A program made the translations under genes and the position numbers. Positions 30,101-43,911 of a stretch of 64,000 bases of DNA are shown one piece after another. Position 1 is the first letter of the stretch; each line of letters opens with the position of its first letter. Under the pieces are notes generated by a model. The model was not told where the DNA came from, did no database searches, and saw only the letters and a list, made by a program, of their open reading frames with translations. The stretch comes from Eledone cirrhosa (Eukaryota): positions 142,166,001 through 142,230,000 of the forward strand of contig OZ024740.1 in NCBI GenBank assembly GCA_964016885.1, read 5' to 3'.

Positions 30101-31220
30101 CTCGCCTCGGCGTCGGCAGCAGTGGAGCCTTTCGACCCCTTGCATCTTTCAGCAGTTGAGGGTAGAAGGCTCGCAAATGGGTTTTTTCCCCACAAACAAA
30201 ACAATGCGGCCTTCTACCCTTCGGTCATAATATGAATGACCGTCCCATTCTGAGAGCGGATGTGGTCCGGGATTGTCTTCACATTCTCGGGCCTGATCTG
30301 GAAAAGGATCTCCAGGTCAACCCCGGACCAGTCCTCTCTGGCCGTTCTGGTCACTTCTATAGGGACGGTATCCGTCCCCTCCACAATCACACATCCCAGA
30401 AGCCACCACATGTGGGAGGGGTACATTATGACCATGCTGGTTTTGCAAGGAGTCATAGCGTGTTTCATAGCGAGGGCTTCTGACTTAAACAGCACCGAAA
30501 TAGTGCCGTACTGTCTGCCCCCTCGCTATGTATTCGGTGTCTTCTCTGATGCACCTCAGCGCGACTTCGACATCTGCTTGTTGGATTAAAGCTGCCCTTT
30601 TGGTTTGTGCTGAGATGCATCTATAATGCACCGTTCTGCGCTCCACTGCCTCAATAGCTTCTACCGGGACATTTAAGTTGGCCCATGCTTGCTCTTGCTT
30701 GATGAGCTTCCATGCCTGGGCCAACTTTTCATCTTTGTTTGAGAGGTTCATGTTGAAGCATGGCCTCTTTTTAGCTGGTCCCGCAGCGAAAGTGTTCTTT
30801 TTGTTTTCGTTGGGGGTGTTGTTGTTATTGTCGTTGTTCTTGTTGGTGTTGTTGTTATCACTGTCGCTGTTATCATGTTGTCTTTGTTGCCACCGCTGTT
30901 CTCGGTGCAGTTGGTATTGTTGCTGTTTGTGTTGTCGCTATTTGTTTTCATGTTAGTGTTGTTGATATTGTTGTTGCTTTTGTCATTTTTTTTTTGTTAT
31001 CTGTATTTTCGTTGTCGCTGTTACTGTCATTTTTTTCAAAATTAGAGTTCTTATTGGTATCATTGGTGTCTTTGTTTACATTGTTTGTGGTGGTGTTTGT
31101 GTTATCAATTTGTGTTAATTTCGCTGTAGCGCTCCTCTCAACTTCTACGTCTTTGTCGCACGACAGCCGACATATCGCCATGTTTTTTTTGTTGTATTTT
31201 TTCTCGATAATTTTTTAAAA
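27143..31220 (-). mobile_element. Second Tx1/L1-clade LINE with ORF1 and ORF2, internally deleted and 3'-truncated
   Basis: ORF2 begins ~29250 (VGSLNVRG..VSET), YADD retained, ~590 bp of RT missing at ~27990; ORF1 ~31181-29281. Confidence 0.93.
29281..31181 (-). pseudogene. Tx1 ORF1 (gag-like) with zinc knuckle, several frameshifts
   Basis: EGRRPHCFVCGEKTHLRAFYP at ~30222-30160 is a degenerate CCHC knuckle; Asn/Thr-rich N-terminus and basic C-terminus. Confidence 0.75.
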
Positions 31221-31515
31221 TGTAAAAAAGTTAAAATATTTGGGCCAAAAGGCACAAATATTATTCTTTCCCCTTCACAGGGCAAAGTCCAAGGGCTTGT
31301 ATGCCTTACACAACAACAAAAATTCAATAAATCAGTTTTGATAGGTAAATAAGTGAACTTACGGGAGCGAGCAAAAAGACGTCTGTTCAGACTCAATAAT
31401 AATAATAATAATGGGGATGATAATGATAACAAGAGCAAATCAATAAATTAAAAAAGTAATCGAATGAAAATTACTCTGGAACTTCACTTGCGCACGCACA
31501 GGAACATCAAACAAG

Positions 31516-31563
<48 letters not shown>

Positions 31564-31589
31564 AAAAAGTAAACAAAAATACAAAACAA

Positions 31590-32010
31590 ATGACATAGTA
31601 CATTGAAGAAATATATGAGGAAGGCATTGAGTCCATTCGGGAAAGTAGTTCCAACGTGAAAAATTAAGTTCTGCTTGGTCCAGGAAAGAGTGGCAGTGGA
31701 TCCCTGTTTAAAATAAGGCCCGAGACAGTGATGTGTTGAGTGGTTGGGGGAATGGAAGTGACGAGCGACATGGGTGTCTCTACTTAGTCGTGTGTTCCTC
31801 AGGTGTTCGGCAAATCGTTCCACCAGACGGCGACCGGTTAGTTCGATGTAAATGGTATTTGGCTGCTGAGCCGACAAAGACAAATGAATTGGGTGTAGGG
31901 TATAGAGAGTTTGGTGTGGATGGTATGGAAGGAGGTGACGTCGAGGCAGAACTGAGAGTCAGTGGGTATGTAGAAGATGGAAGTAGAGAGGGTGTAATGA
32001 GTGTGATCGG
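31590..32010 (-). pseudogene. Neptune-type PLE thumb and GIY-YIG fragments
   Basis: [26 protein letters not shown] then [35 protein letters not shown]. Confidence 0.75.
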
Positions 32011-32114
32011 TAGTAAAAATATTGGAACCACTACACACACACACGCATACACACATGCACACGACGCACACATCTATCTATATATCTACATATCTATCTA
32101 TCTATATATCTATC

Positions 32115-32229
<115 letters not shown>

Positions 32230-32346
32230 TAATAAAAGGAATTCCAACTTTGTCTGATTTACTCGTTTTATTTACAATCCTTTAAAATATATATAATGGT
32301 ATTAGAATGAAATAGTATGGTAGAATATTAAATGTTAAGTGTTAAT

Positions 32347-32385
32347 TGAACAAGTACTTTCATGCTTTCGCAATCTTCAGGTTCA
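32347..32385 (-). ncRNA. Minimal hammerhead ribozyme in the pLTR
   Basis: tgaac-CTGAAGA-t tgc gaaa gca t-GAAA-gtac-TT-gttca. Confidence 0.8.
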
Positions 32386-32446
32386 TATTCTGTGGTGACA
32401 GTCAAGTTTGCAATTTTCAACTGTAATGGGATGGGTAAATTTTGTG

Positions 32447-32545
32447 CCTTATATACAGTTATAATTGGCTACAGAATGCTAAGTTTTGCAAACTGTATTT
32501 CGACCAATCAGTGTGTGGTTTCACTGGATTACTAAAGCTGATTGG
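32447..32545 (-). promoter_or_regulatory. Candidate pLTR promoter (two CCAAT boxes and a TATA box)
   Basis: ccaatca motifs at 32504-32510 and 32539-32545 (opposite orientations) and tatataagg at 32455-32447, ~60 bp upstream of the HHR. Confidence 0.4.
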
Positions 32546-35500
32546 TTTAGGCGTCACGGCTGGTTGAGCATGTCTAACGACTTCTATTTGACCCTATCCA
32601 AAGCGACAATTGTTTTGCTATTTTTAGAAATGATGAAAATAGCATTTTCTAGGGTTTTTATAAAAAGTCTTCAGTAATCATCACCATCAACATCACTTTT
32701 ATTATTATTATTATTATTATTATTGTTGTTGTTGTTGTTAGTGGTGGTAGTCGACATGGTCGTAGGCGTAGTCATAGTAGGAGTAATACCCATAAGCATT
32801 ATTATTGATCATTTAGCTTGGGTTGGAATTTATCAATAAAATTCTTTTCTTTAATTTTTCTCTTGATTTCACTTGGGCTGTGTAATTTGTAGAATGGAAA
32901 ATATTATAAATATTTTCTGATCACATGTTGCTAGATGGTTACTCAGGGGTATCTGACGGACATTTGGGTCTCTAATTTGCTGTCGGTGCACCCGTACACG
33001 TTCCGATAGTGCATTTCCAGTTTGACCGACATATAGTTCTTCACAATTCGGGCATTTAATGCAGTAAATTAGATTTCTGCTTTTTCAGTTCATATTTGCA
33101 TTTGGGAATATTTTTCCACTTTTTGTGTTCATATATTGACCGGTGTGTATGGATTGACATGTGCCACATTGACAATCATTGCATTTGGATACAGTGAATG
33201 ATTGGTCTTTGTTGTTAAGGTCAAACTTTGCCTTTGTTAGTAATTGCTTCAAATTGTTCGGCTGTCTTTTACTAAGAGTCAAAGAGCGGTCTCTGATTAA
33301 ACCTTTTAATTCATTACTTTGAGCAATGATCGGTAGGTTTGCTTTGGCAGTGTTGAAGATATTCTGGTGACATGGGTTGTGTGTCATTATAAGTGGTATG
33401 ACCAGTTCTTGGTTTCTTCTTCCTTGGGTTGTCCTAAGTTGTATAGGTATTTTTATAGCCCGCTGTATGCCATTTTCTATAAGTAGAGATGGGTATTTTT
33501 GTTTGAGCAACAATTCTCTCAGTTCTGTTAGGCGTTTTTTCCTGGTATTCGTATCTTCTACAATGGTACAAATTCTTCTGGCTAGGCAGTATGGGATGTT
33601 GCGCTTTGTATGAGGTGGATGGCACGACTTAAAATTCAGATATTGATAGGTGTCTGTGTGTTTATAATATATATCCGTGGTAATGGTGGTGTCGTTTTTG
33701 ATTACCATTATATCTAGGAATGGTAATTTGGTACTACTCATCTCTTTTGTGAATTGGAGAGATGGGTGTAGGTTATTTAGGGGGATATTTAACTCATCCA
33801 GAGTATCTAGAGATTCTGTCCAGATGATGAAACAGTCGTCAAGGTATCTCTTCCAAGACTTTTCAATGTACTTTCTAAATTCAGTGCTATAGTTTTCCTC
33901 TATTTCTTGGTAGAGTTGTTGTTCTAAGTACCCCATTACAGAGTTCGCGTAAACGGGAGCAAACTTCGTTCCCATCGCTGTGCCTCTAATTTGGATGTAA
34001 TTCTTTCCATTGAAGAAGAAAGTGTTGTTTTCCAGAATAAGTTTGACTGCGTCTAATATAAATGGCGCTGTGAATCTGGTGGGAATCACTTCTCTATTTT
34101 TCTCCACCCAGTATTTAACCGCCTTTATTTCTAAATCATGTGTGATGTTGGTGTAAAGGTTACCACATCAAAACTAAGTAGAAGTAAATTCGTTTCCATG
34201 GTTTTGGGAAGATGGGACAGGAAGTCGATATCATCCCGGATGAACTGGGTATGTGAATACATAGTGGTTTCAAAATAATGTCAACAAAATTGCTTAGACG
34301 GTGGGTAGGGCATGTTGGACCAGCTATAATAGGTCTAAGTTTTAAGTCTTTTGGATGTAGTAATTTAATGTACTCACTTTTTTGTTCTTTTACTGCCAGT
34401 TGGATTTCTTTTGACTTATGAACTTTCGGTAGGCCATACAGGTTGCTGGGTTTTGGCTCAAAATTGGTGATGTAGTCTCTTTCCTTATCAGTAAGTGAGT
34501 TGTAGTATTTTGAAGCCAGGTTGTTGATCTTCTTCATGATGTTGTGGTCTATATTTGACGGTATTTCATGATAAAATGTTGTGTCTTTCAGTTGTTCCTC
34601 AACCAAGTCTTTGTAGTATTCAGCATCCATTATAACAATTGCACCCCCTTTATCTGCTTGTTTAATTATTATTGTTTTATCATTTTGTATACGTTTAAGT
34701 GCAGACATTTCTGATTTGGTAATGTTTGGCCTAACATTAGTATTACGCCTAAGAGGAAATTTAGGTAGGATGTCAATGTATTGGTCGAGATAGATATTTC
34801 TTCCTTTTGGCGGAGTGAAATTTGATTTATTCTTTACTAGTGATTCATCACTCTCATTACTTTTATCAGCGAAGAATTCTACAAGTCGTAATTTTCGACA
34901 GAATTCTTGGGTATCCTCCTTCAGTTCTTGGTAGTTGACTGTTGGAGTCGGTGTGAATTTCAGTCCTTTTGACAGAATTTGCATTTCATCATTGTCAAGA
35001 TCGCTTTTGGATAAATTAATTATTTTAGGATCTACGTGTTCAGTTGTTTTGGGTATATTTCCTCCTGGATTTTTTCTTTTTCCGGTTTTTGTTGTCCTGA
35101 CGTTAAAAAATGGATTTTTCTCTGTTCCGGATTTATATTCCTGCTGGTGTTCGCTTGATGAACTTTTGGTCGTGATATTATATTTGGTTTCGTTATGTTT
35201 TTTTGTCCTATTTTTGGTATTATGTATATTACTTTTCCATTTCTTGTTAGCATTATTTTTAACAATCTGGGAAAATGACCCAAGTTTGTTTTCAGGTTTA
35301 GATCGTTTTTTCGTCCAGTTTCTTGTGGGTAATCTCTGTTGAGATCTTGAGAGTGATCTGGTTATTCTACGGTTTTCTCCCCGTTCCTTGAGAATGATCT
35401 CCTGATTTTTCTACTTCTCATGGTCTGGTCAAAGGAATATCTATCGTGTTTGCGCTTTTTGTTCATGTTGTGTGGTTAGGGTGTTTTTATAGAAAAAGCG

Positions 35501-35567
35501 AAGAGTTCTTACCGTAGTTCTTCTTTGAGTTAAGGTAAGGTGAGTGTTTGTGTTGCCACGTGGTCTG

Positions 35568-36340
35568 GCGTATTTAACCGACACAAAGTAAAACTAGGAT
35601 ACTCCTGCACTAAGAACATGAAGGCCCACATCACTAACAGCCCTAAGAGCAACACCCCCACCAGAGTGCTCTTGCCGTAAGCCCGAAGTTTGTCCCCTTC
35701 AACAGCAATGCAATACACCCGCTGTAGTTTATGAAGCTGTGGTCACTTCCAAGCGACCAAATCAACCACAGGAGGTCAAATCCTATGTGGGTATGGCGGA
35801 GGGCCGATTTAAGGAACGATTCCTGAACCACCAGTCGACCTTTAGGTACCCGGACAGACGTTCATCCATGAAACTCGCAAGCCACTATGGTCCCTCAAGG
35901 ACTCAAGTATAGACTACTCCATTCAATGGAAAGCCATCACTAAGTCCAAGCAAGGGGCAATCCGTCGTGTGGACTATGTATTGATGAACAAATAAATATT
36001 CTAAAGAGATTACGCAATAGTGATTGCCTAAACAAAAGAAATGAATTCTTCACACGTTGTCCACACGTCTGGAAACACCTCTTACATAACTACAAAGCTT
36101 CGAATTGAATTACAACGACATCCTAATTTCCTTATCACCTAGAAACTTTCGGACTTTCGCAGTTATCTCCCTTAGACCTCTCGCACGCAATTTAGTATTG
36201 CCTGGGTGAAGCGATCGTTTCTGCGCATGCGTGTTCGTTCGGTTGTCCTTCCTGTTCCGCATAACCATGTCCATTACGAGCTGAGGATCCGCTAAGGTGA
36301 AACAATTGTTTTCGGTATGGTGAGCTAACTGTTGTGTAAC

Positions 36341-36343
<3 letters not shown>
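35568..36343 (+). mobile_element. 3' fragment of another Naiad-type PLE (GIY-YIG + pLTR)
   Basis: VFNRHKVKLGYSC, CSCRKPEVCPLQQQC..VVYEA..SYVGMAEGRFKERFLNH, CGLCIDE, LNKRNEFFTRCPH; ends at (TA)n. Confidence 0.85.
36271..36320 (+). ncRNA. Minimal hammerhead motif
   Basis: ccattacgag-CTGAGGA-tcc gctaa ggt-GAAA-caattg-TT-ttcggtatgg. Confidence 0.7.
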
Positions 36344-36404
<61 letters not shown>

Positions 36405-36414
36405 GTGTGTGTGT

Positions 36415-36463
<49 letters not shown>

Positions 36464-36480
36464 CTGTGTATATACATATG

Positions 36481-36558
<78 letters not shown>

Positions 36559-36688
36559 CAGCATATTTATCAATGCCAGGACCGGTTTATTTCAGGGTAT
36601 TCAATAGGTAATGTAGAGTACATTCCCAGAGTATACACATAGTTATTCGGTTCAATACAACACACGTAAATGGGTGCCTATAGTAGTT

Positions 36689-36799
36689 CCCGAACTCGAG
36701 TTTCGGCCACACTTAATGCAGCAGTAGGGTGCAGTGCACCCTCTGTCTGCATATATTATGCAACAATGCATAATCGGCGCATGTGGATTCATCAGCGGG
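36689..36799 (-). ncRNA. Hammerhead motif with an 84-nt branched stem II
   Basis: cccg-CTGATGA-atccaca[..ttatgca ttgt tgcataa..agggtgca c tgcaccct..]tgtggcc-GAAA-ctcgag-TT-cggg. Confidence 0.65.
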
Positions 36800-36959
36800 T
36801 ATCGCCTAATCAATAACCAATCGATCGACAGAATTCCACTCAAGTCCATGCCGGCTATGGCTGTTTGTGACGGCCGAAACAGTAAAATGATTATCAACTG
36901 GAATCTGATACAACTCTGTCGCCCGATCGGCCACCGATTTACAAATTTACGTGGTGGCA

Positions 36960-37293
36960 GGAGATTAGAAAATAAATATAAAAATAATCGGTGTCCTACA
37001 CGAGTGGAAGTATAAAGAAAAAAGATGAAATCGAAAATTCAACTGGAGTCTTATTTTTAAATATATTTATATATATATTTATTTGGTTCCTTTACCGGTT
37101 TCGCAATTCTTCTGCTTTTCAAAAGTAGAGTTAAGATCGATGGTCTGATGTGAGAAAAACCACAGACCCTCCATCTCAACTCTACTATTGAAAAGCACAA
37201 GAACTGCGAAACCGGTAAAGGAACCAAATAAATATATATATATTTTTAAAAGTAAGACTCCAGTTAAATTTTCGATTTCATCTTTTTTCCTTA
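36960..37293. mobile_element. Second copy of the U3-A8 hammerhead fold-back element
   Basis: Inverted arms 37014-37146 and 37147-37293; HHRs at 37089-37126 (-) and 37184-37221 (+); tail 36960-37013 matches the reverse complement of 7598-7660. Confidence 0.85.
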
Positions 37294-37379
37294 TATATAT
37301 ATATAAAACAAAATGTCTCTTCATTCTAACATAGCGCATAGAGAAATACATTCGTGAGTGCATAATAGCAATATTATAA

Positions 37380-37564
37380 TAATTGTTTCTACTTTTGGAA
37401 CAAGGCCAGCAATTACTCAGTGCATTACTGGTACCTTATTTTATCGACCCCGTAAGGATGAAAGGCAAAGTTAACCTCGGCGGGATTTGAACTCAGAATG
37501 CAAGGGCTGTAACTCTATGCTTCAAAGCATGGCGTCCGACCCTCAACCGATACTGCCAATCCAC
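37380..37564 (-). mobile_element. tRNA-derived SINE (left member of an inverted pair)
   Basis: Full-length family match. Confidence 0.9.
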
Positions 37565-37579
37565 ATAATAATATTATTA

Positions 37580-37766
37580 GATTGGCAGTATCCGTAGAGA
37601 ATCGGACGCCATGCTTTGCAGCAAAGAGTTACGGCCCTTTATGGTGTAAGTTCAAATCCTGTCGAGGTTAACTTTGCCTTTCATCCTTACGGAGTCGATA
37701 AAATAAAGTACCAGTAATACACTGGGAAAATTGCTGGCCTTGTGCCAAAAGTAGAAACAATTATTA
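37580..37766 (+). mobile_element. tRNA-derived SINE (right member of an inverted pair)
   Basis: Full-length family match, head-to-head with the previous copy. Confidence 0.9.
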
Positions 37767-37797
37767 ATATTCGATTTATTTGCAAGTAAACGGCCTC

Positions 37798-38211
37798 GTG
37801 TGTGTGTGTGTGTGTGTCTGTATGTGTATGTGTGTGTCTGTATGTGTGTGAGTGTGTGTGAGTGTGTGTGTGTCTGTATGTGAGTGTGTGTGAGTGTGTG
37901 TGTGTGTCTGTATGTGCGTGTGTGTGCGTGTGAGTGTGCGCGTGTGTGTGTGTGTGTGTGTGTCTGTCTGTATGTGTGTGTGTGTGAGTGTGTGTGTATG
38001 TGTGTCTGTATGTGTGTGTGCGTGTGTGTGAGTGTCCGTGTGTGTGTGTGTGTGAGTGTGCGTGTGTGTGTGTGTGTGTGTATGAGTGGGCGTGTGTGTG
38101 TGTCTGTATGTGTGTGTGTGAGTGTGTGTGAGTGTGTGTGTGTGTGTCTGTATGTATGTGAGTGTGTGTGTGAGTGTGCGTATGTGTGTGAGTGTGCGTG
38201 TGTGTGTGTGC
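37798..38211. repeat. Degenerate (TG)n microsatellite
   Basis: Direct reading. Confidence 0.95.
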
Positions 38212-38415
38212 GGGCATCCGATTTGGTCGGGATCCTCAGTAGCTGTTATCCCTTTGGCTCGACAATGAAATAAAAAATTACCACCAATATTCTGTAAAAA
38301 TCAATTGTACATAACACTTCCCTATATATCGATGACCGTCTGCCAATATATAGGAAATCGTCATTATTGGGCTAATTTTTCATTTCTAAAACATTAATAT
38401 GAAGAACATGCCATA

Positions 38416-38962
<547 letters not shown>

Positions 38963-39110
38963 TCACGGCACGTTATTTTTTAATCATGCATTTATCTATA
39001 TATTTTTTGTGTATCTAGTACTAAATAATTGATTTTTTTCTTTCGGTAATCAAACTATCCATCGAAAGGTGAGTACATTTCTCTTGGCACCTGCCAATAC
39101 ATACATATAC

Positions 39111-39141
<31 letters not shown>

Positions 39142-39233
39142 TGTATGTATGTATGTATGTATGTATGTATGTATATGTGTAGGTATGTATATGTGTAGGT
39201 ATGTATGTATGCATGTACAAATATATATATTTA

Positions 39234-39273
<40 letters not shown>

Positions 39274-39696
39274 CTATACACACACACATATATACATGTG
39301 TGTGTGCGCGTGCGTCTGTGTATGTTGTGTGTCAGTGTGTGTGTGTACATGTGCATGTGTGTGTGTGTGTGGTGTGTCATGTTATACGTGACTATCGTTG
39401 AAATTACATGATTACATTTACACCTGTAAAAATATGATAATAAGTTTTTGTGAGCAGCGTACTTGAATGTGTTTGCACCTGTCAAATTGTGTGTGCCTAT
39501 ACAGATACACACACACACAATGAGTATGTTTATATGCGCCTGCTTCTTTTCATATATGGGCACGGGTGTATACTCGTCAAATTGCGTCCATGCTGGAGCA
39601 TCGTGTTCAAGCGTTCAGACGATCATTTCAAACTCATATATATATATATGCGTGTATGAGTGTGTGTATATATATATGTGTGTGTATATATGTATG

Positions 39697-39860
<164 letters not shown>

Positions 39861-40099
39861 TAATGTTGTTGTTGGACCTCAATCGATTCCGATGATGAGT
39901 GTTTGACCAACGGAACAGATTGCTTGTAAAATTAACGTACCAGTGGTTGAGTATTCCTCAGGCACGTATATCTTTAGGAGGTTTCAGCGTCACACAGTAA
40001 GTGGTCCTTTGGATTACAGGTACGACTCATGTTTACCAGCTTAGTGGACTGTCAAAACAGTGGATCAAACACAACGTCAGCCGAACACACTGCATTCCC

Positions 40100-41230
40100 A
40101 CATACACTTTTATTAAAAATACCGAGCATATCAATATATTTCATAGAATAATACCTCTTAGTTTTCCCGGAAAGAACTAATATAGTTAGTACTATACACG
40201 TAGAGATGTTAAAACATGCATATCTAAGAGTAACAATAGCTTTTAATGGGTTGTTAAATTGACAATATGCTTTTCTGTGAGCTTCAATTGGTATTGTATA
40301 AGATCAATTTGTTATATGGAACAATGTAATTATTAAATCAAAATCATCATAAATAAAGCATATTAAATTAAAGAAAATATATATGAAAATAAAAGCATTG
40401 ACATTTATGCTAGATAAAAGATTATTAGATACTAAGCAGAACATTAAAAAATGTTACTAATTAAGGATATGAAGTTGTATAATAAATTTTATACCGGTTT
40501 AGGTATATAAAGAAATTAATATAATGGAAGCCGCTGAATAATGTACAATATTATGGAGGGTGTATGTACTTTAATAGTCTGTTACATTAGAGGTGGATGG
40601 TTAAACATTAGTTATAGAGAAAATTAACAACACTAACATAAACTTAATGAAGTTTAATAAATATGTGGTTTAATAGGAATTTGTGGGTAGAAGATATAGT
40701 AATTAGGCGAATTGTGTCTAGGTTTAAACAATTAAATAGAATAAATGGTGGAACTTTATTTTAGTCTGAATTTATTAGTTATTACTATTACGAATTAGGG
40801 AAACTATAATGATTTACAAATCAATTACTGTTATTGCAGGGTTTTATTGTCGAAGTAGGATTAGAATGACATAGGAATATAACAGTATGGCAGTGTTAAC
40901 TGAAATGTATATTTCTACCTGTTTGAAAACATAATTAGGTTTAAAGTGCTTTAAACATTTAATGTCTTCAAGATGAAACTAACTCTGATTTCGAATTTAG
41001 AAAACAGGATTCTATATGATTCTGGTGTGCATCGTCGGCATGGTGTTGTTTTTGGGGGGGAGGCGTAAGGATTTGTGAAAGATAGAACTTTGCATTTTAT
41101 ATTACAAATCAGGTTGATTGGCTTTAAAGACCAAATATGACTCGATAAAATGTTATCAGCTAAGTGTTCTGGTTTTATAAGGGAATTTGATAAAGTAATG
41201 AATTTAGCTACATTCTCTGCCTATATAATA
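40100..41230 (-). mobile_element. Decayed 3' fragment of a Naiad-type PLE
   Basis: LSSHIWSLK..NIKCKVL..NPY..PCRRCTPE..SELVSS*RH followed by a long AT-rich UTR. Confidence 0.6.
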
Positions 41231-42867
41231 TCTTATAATGAAAGAACAACTGAAAATAACAGCCACGTTTCCTTCCAATTATACCTTCGTCTTTAAAATA
41301 CGAGACCGCATCTGCAAATTAATGTCTGAAAAGGGATAGTCACGGATATAATGACTTTGATCTCTAATGAACTTACAAAACTTATTAGACTGTATAAAAA
41401 AGTAAGATATCTGAAGTGTCTGACTTCAACTCATAAATAAACTACTACATGACTGAGTGTGCAGTATGGTCTTGAACGCATTGGAAGGCTGGCATGTTTT
41501 AATTTCTTAGCCAGGAGAATAGTAATAGACAGAACTCATTTTCATGCGCCTACAAGAGTTGTGTGTGGAAGGGACAGATGAATGCATCCTCAAACCAGAG
41601 ACACAACCCGAATACTTGCGTCAAAGTGGTCTCCTCTAAAGGCACCTGTGGGTCAGGTAGTGGCGTTAAACCAGCATATATAGAGTAATGACTGATCAAT
41701 GTCACCTCGTCATCTCGATTGACTGTTTAAATATCACGTATCTGACTACTCGATCAAAGCTATTCTGGGTTAAACAACAATAACACCATGGCCATCACCA
41801 CCACCAACAACAAATACATCATTACCACAATCGCCACCATCACAATTCCCATGCATATTAAAGTTATTAATTTAATTTTTCTTTCTTAATTCTATTCCAA
41901 TTATTTTAGTAATTAGGACCGCCGCAATCATTGTATATTTTACTAATTACAACGTCAAAGATAATAATTGACATGGTGATAATGACGACGGCAACTTCAA
42001 TGGGGATTTTAATGAACATGATGATGACGACAAATATGATGAAGTTGACGGGTGTGTTATTGATGATGTTGGTAATGATAATAACGACGGAGGAGGTGAA
42101 GGTCGAATGTGCATGTACATTATGCTCCAATTGAACCAGGAGTATCTGTGCTCATCCATTTAGTTAACATAGGATGATGTTAAGCTCTTTGATCATCCAA
42201 TGGATAATCCTAAGTTGTTTGCTAATGAGGGAAAGCAGTGCGACTCATTTTGTTCAAATATTTCGTGTGATTTGTGAAGACAAAAGGTATGGAATTTGCA
42301 GGAATCTGTTGCACTGACGATAATTAGAAAAAAACATGTAAATAATCAGGCATGAAACATTGTACGCTGTTGTTAGGGGATCAAATAGGGGAAGTTGAAG
42401 ACGATAATCATAATTATTTTGTAACCCCACATAATGAATAGAATCGATGAAAGAGAAACAAAAAAGAGAGAAATATAGGGAGATAAAAATAATATTTTAA
42501 CTGAAATTAAAAGTGCTTGATCGCAAGCGAATTTATTTAATGAACGGTAGTGTTTGTGTAATAGAGTGCAAGTAAATAGCTCCTAAGATCGAAAGGGCGT
42601 TTAAAAATAGGTTTAGTTTGGGTATTTGAAGAATTAGATTTTAACTTGCGAACCGTAAGCTTGTAATATAACACAAATTCCAGATCAACTACATATGTGA
42701 CATTATTGAAGAAATCAAAGAAATTTATCGATAATTCTATGCAGATTTTCGTACAAACACAAACACACGTGCACCAACACCCACCCACTGTAGTGATGAT
42801 GATGATGATGAAGATGATGACAACTCAAGTAGATACAAGCGAACTCTCCGTTGGGACTAGAACTATG

Positions 42868-42916
<49 letters not shown>

Positions 42917-43134
42917 ATGTGTTGTAAAGAGTAATGTGGATTAAACATTAATCTGTCAAATATTAACTGAATCGAAACTCAACATATGCGAGCATAGTGA
43001 AAGATTACTTTCCCGCAGTTAAATCGATGTTTCAGCGAGGGCCCCTTTTGGCGTGAGTATGTATTAATATATATATATTATATATATATCTTTAAGGGTA
43101 TGTCAATATTTATTTATAAAACTGCTCTATATTA

Positions 43135-43199
43135 TATTTTATCTGATGAAAGCACACCATAATTTAACTTGGTGTCCTTGAAATATGTATAATGAAATA
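43135..43199 (+). ncRNA. Minimal hammerhead ribozyme, intact, in a solo pLTR island
   Basis: tattttat-CTGATGA-aag c acacca..tggtgt c ctt-GAAA-tatgta-TA-atgaaata. Confidence 0.8.
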
Positions 43200-43323
43200 A
43201 ATATGGTTTTATAAATATAGTTTTCATTTAATATCGTATTTTTACTCCAAATATTTGTTGAGTGCTTTATATCAGTTATAAAAATATTTGCTTGTTGTAT
43301 CCCAACAATTTAAATAGAACTTT

Positions 43324-43473
<150 letters not shown>

Positions 43474-43503
43474 GGTGGTGGGGGTTCAGTTTAACGTGTA
43501 TAT

Positions 43504-43616
43504 TTCGTTACATGTGTTTAGCCTGTGGTCAGGCTCAAAATCAATCTCACTTATATATTACATCTCATTAGTGAACGACACGGTTCGACTCCTTCGTCAT
43601 AGGCTCATCAGACGAA
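43504..43616 (-). ncRNA. Hammerhead motif with 84-nt stem II region and a G12U substitution
   Basis: ttcgt-CTGATGA-gcct..aggc-TAAA-cacatg-TA-acgaa; a diverged relative lies at ~53176-53300 (+). Confidence 0.55.
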
Positions 43617-43638
43617 TAACTTGATCGTCTGTTACAAC

Positions 43639-43678
<40 letters not shown>

Positions 43679-43714
43679 CTCTCTCTCTACATATATATAT
43701 ATATGCATACATAT

Positions 43715-43761
<47 letters not shown>

Positions 43762-43911
43762 TACATATACACATAGATAGTTGTATGTATGTATGTATGT
43801 ATGTATGTATGTATGTATGTATGTATGTACATACATAAATACATACATACATACATACATACATACATACATACATACATACATACATACATACATACAT
43901 ACATACATACA

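Larger units (their letters stand above)
32230..35520 (-). mobile_element. Near-complete Neptune-type Penelope-like element (RT + GIY-YIG, 3' pLTR), frameshifted
   Basis: LSKGLKFTP, IKQADKGG, LYGLPKVHK, RPIIAG, GTAMGTKFAP, RYLDD, C..C..C linker, LIYCIKC..C..LYVGQT..ERVRVH, PKLN; ends at (TA)n. Confidence 0.95.

Noticed and set aside
32230-32810. SECIS element for the TGA at 33085
   Set aside because: The GTGA..GA candidate near 32500-32560 has too short a helix; the pairing there comes from the two inverted CCAAT boxes.
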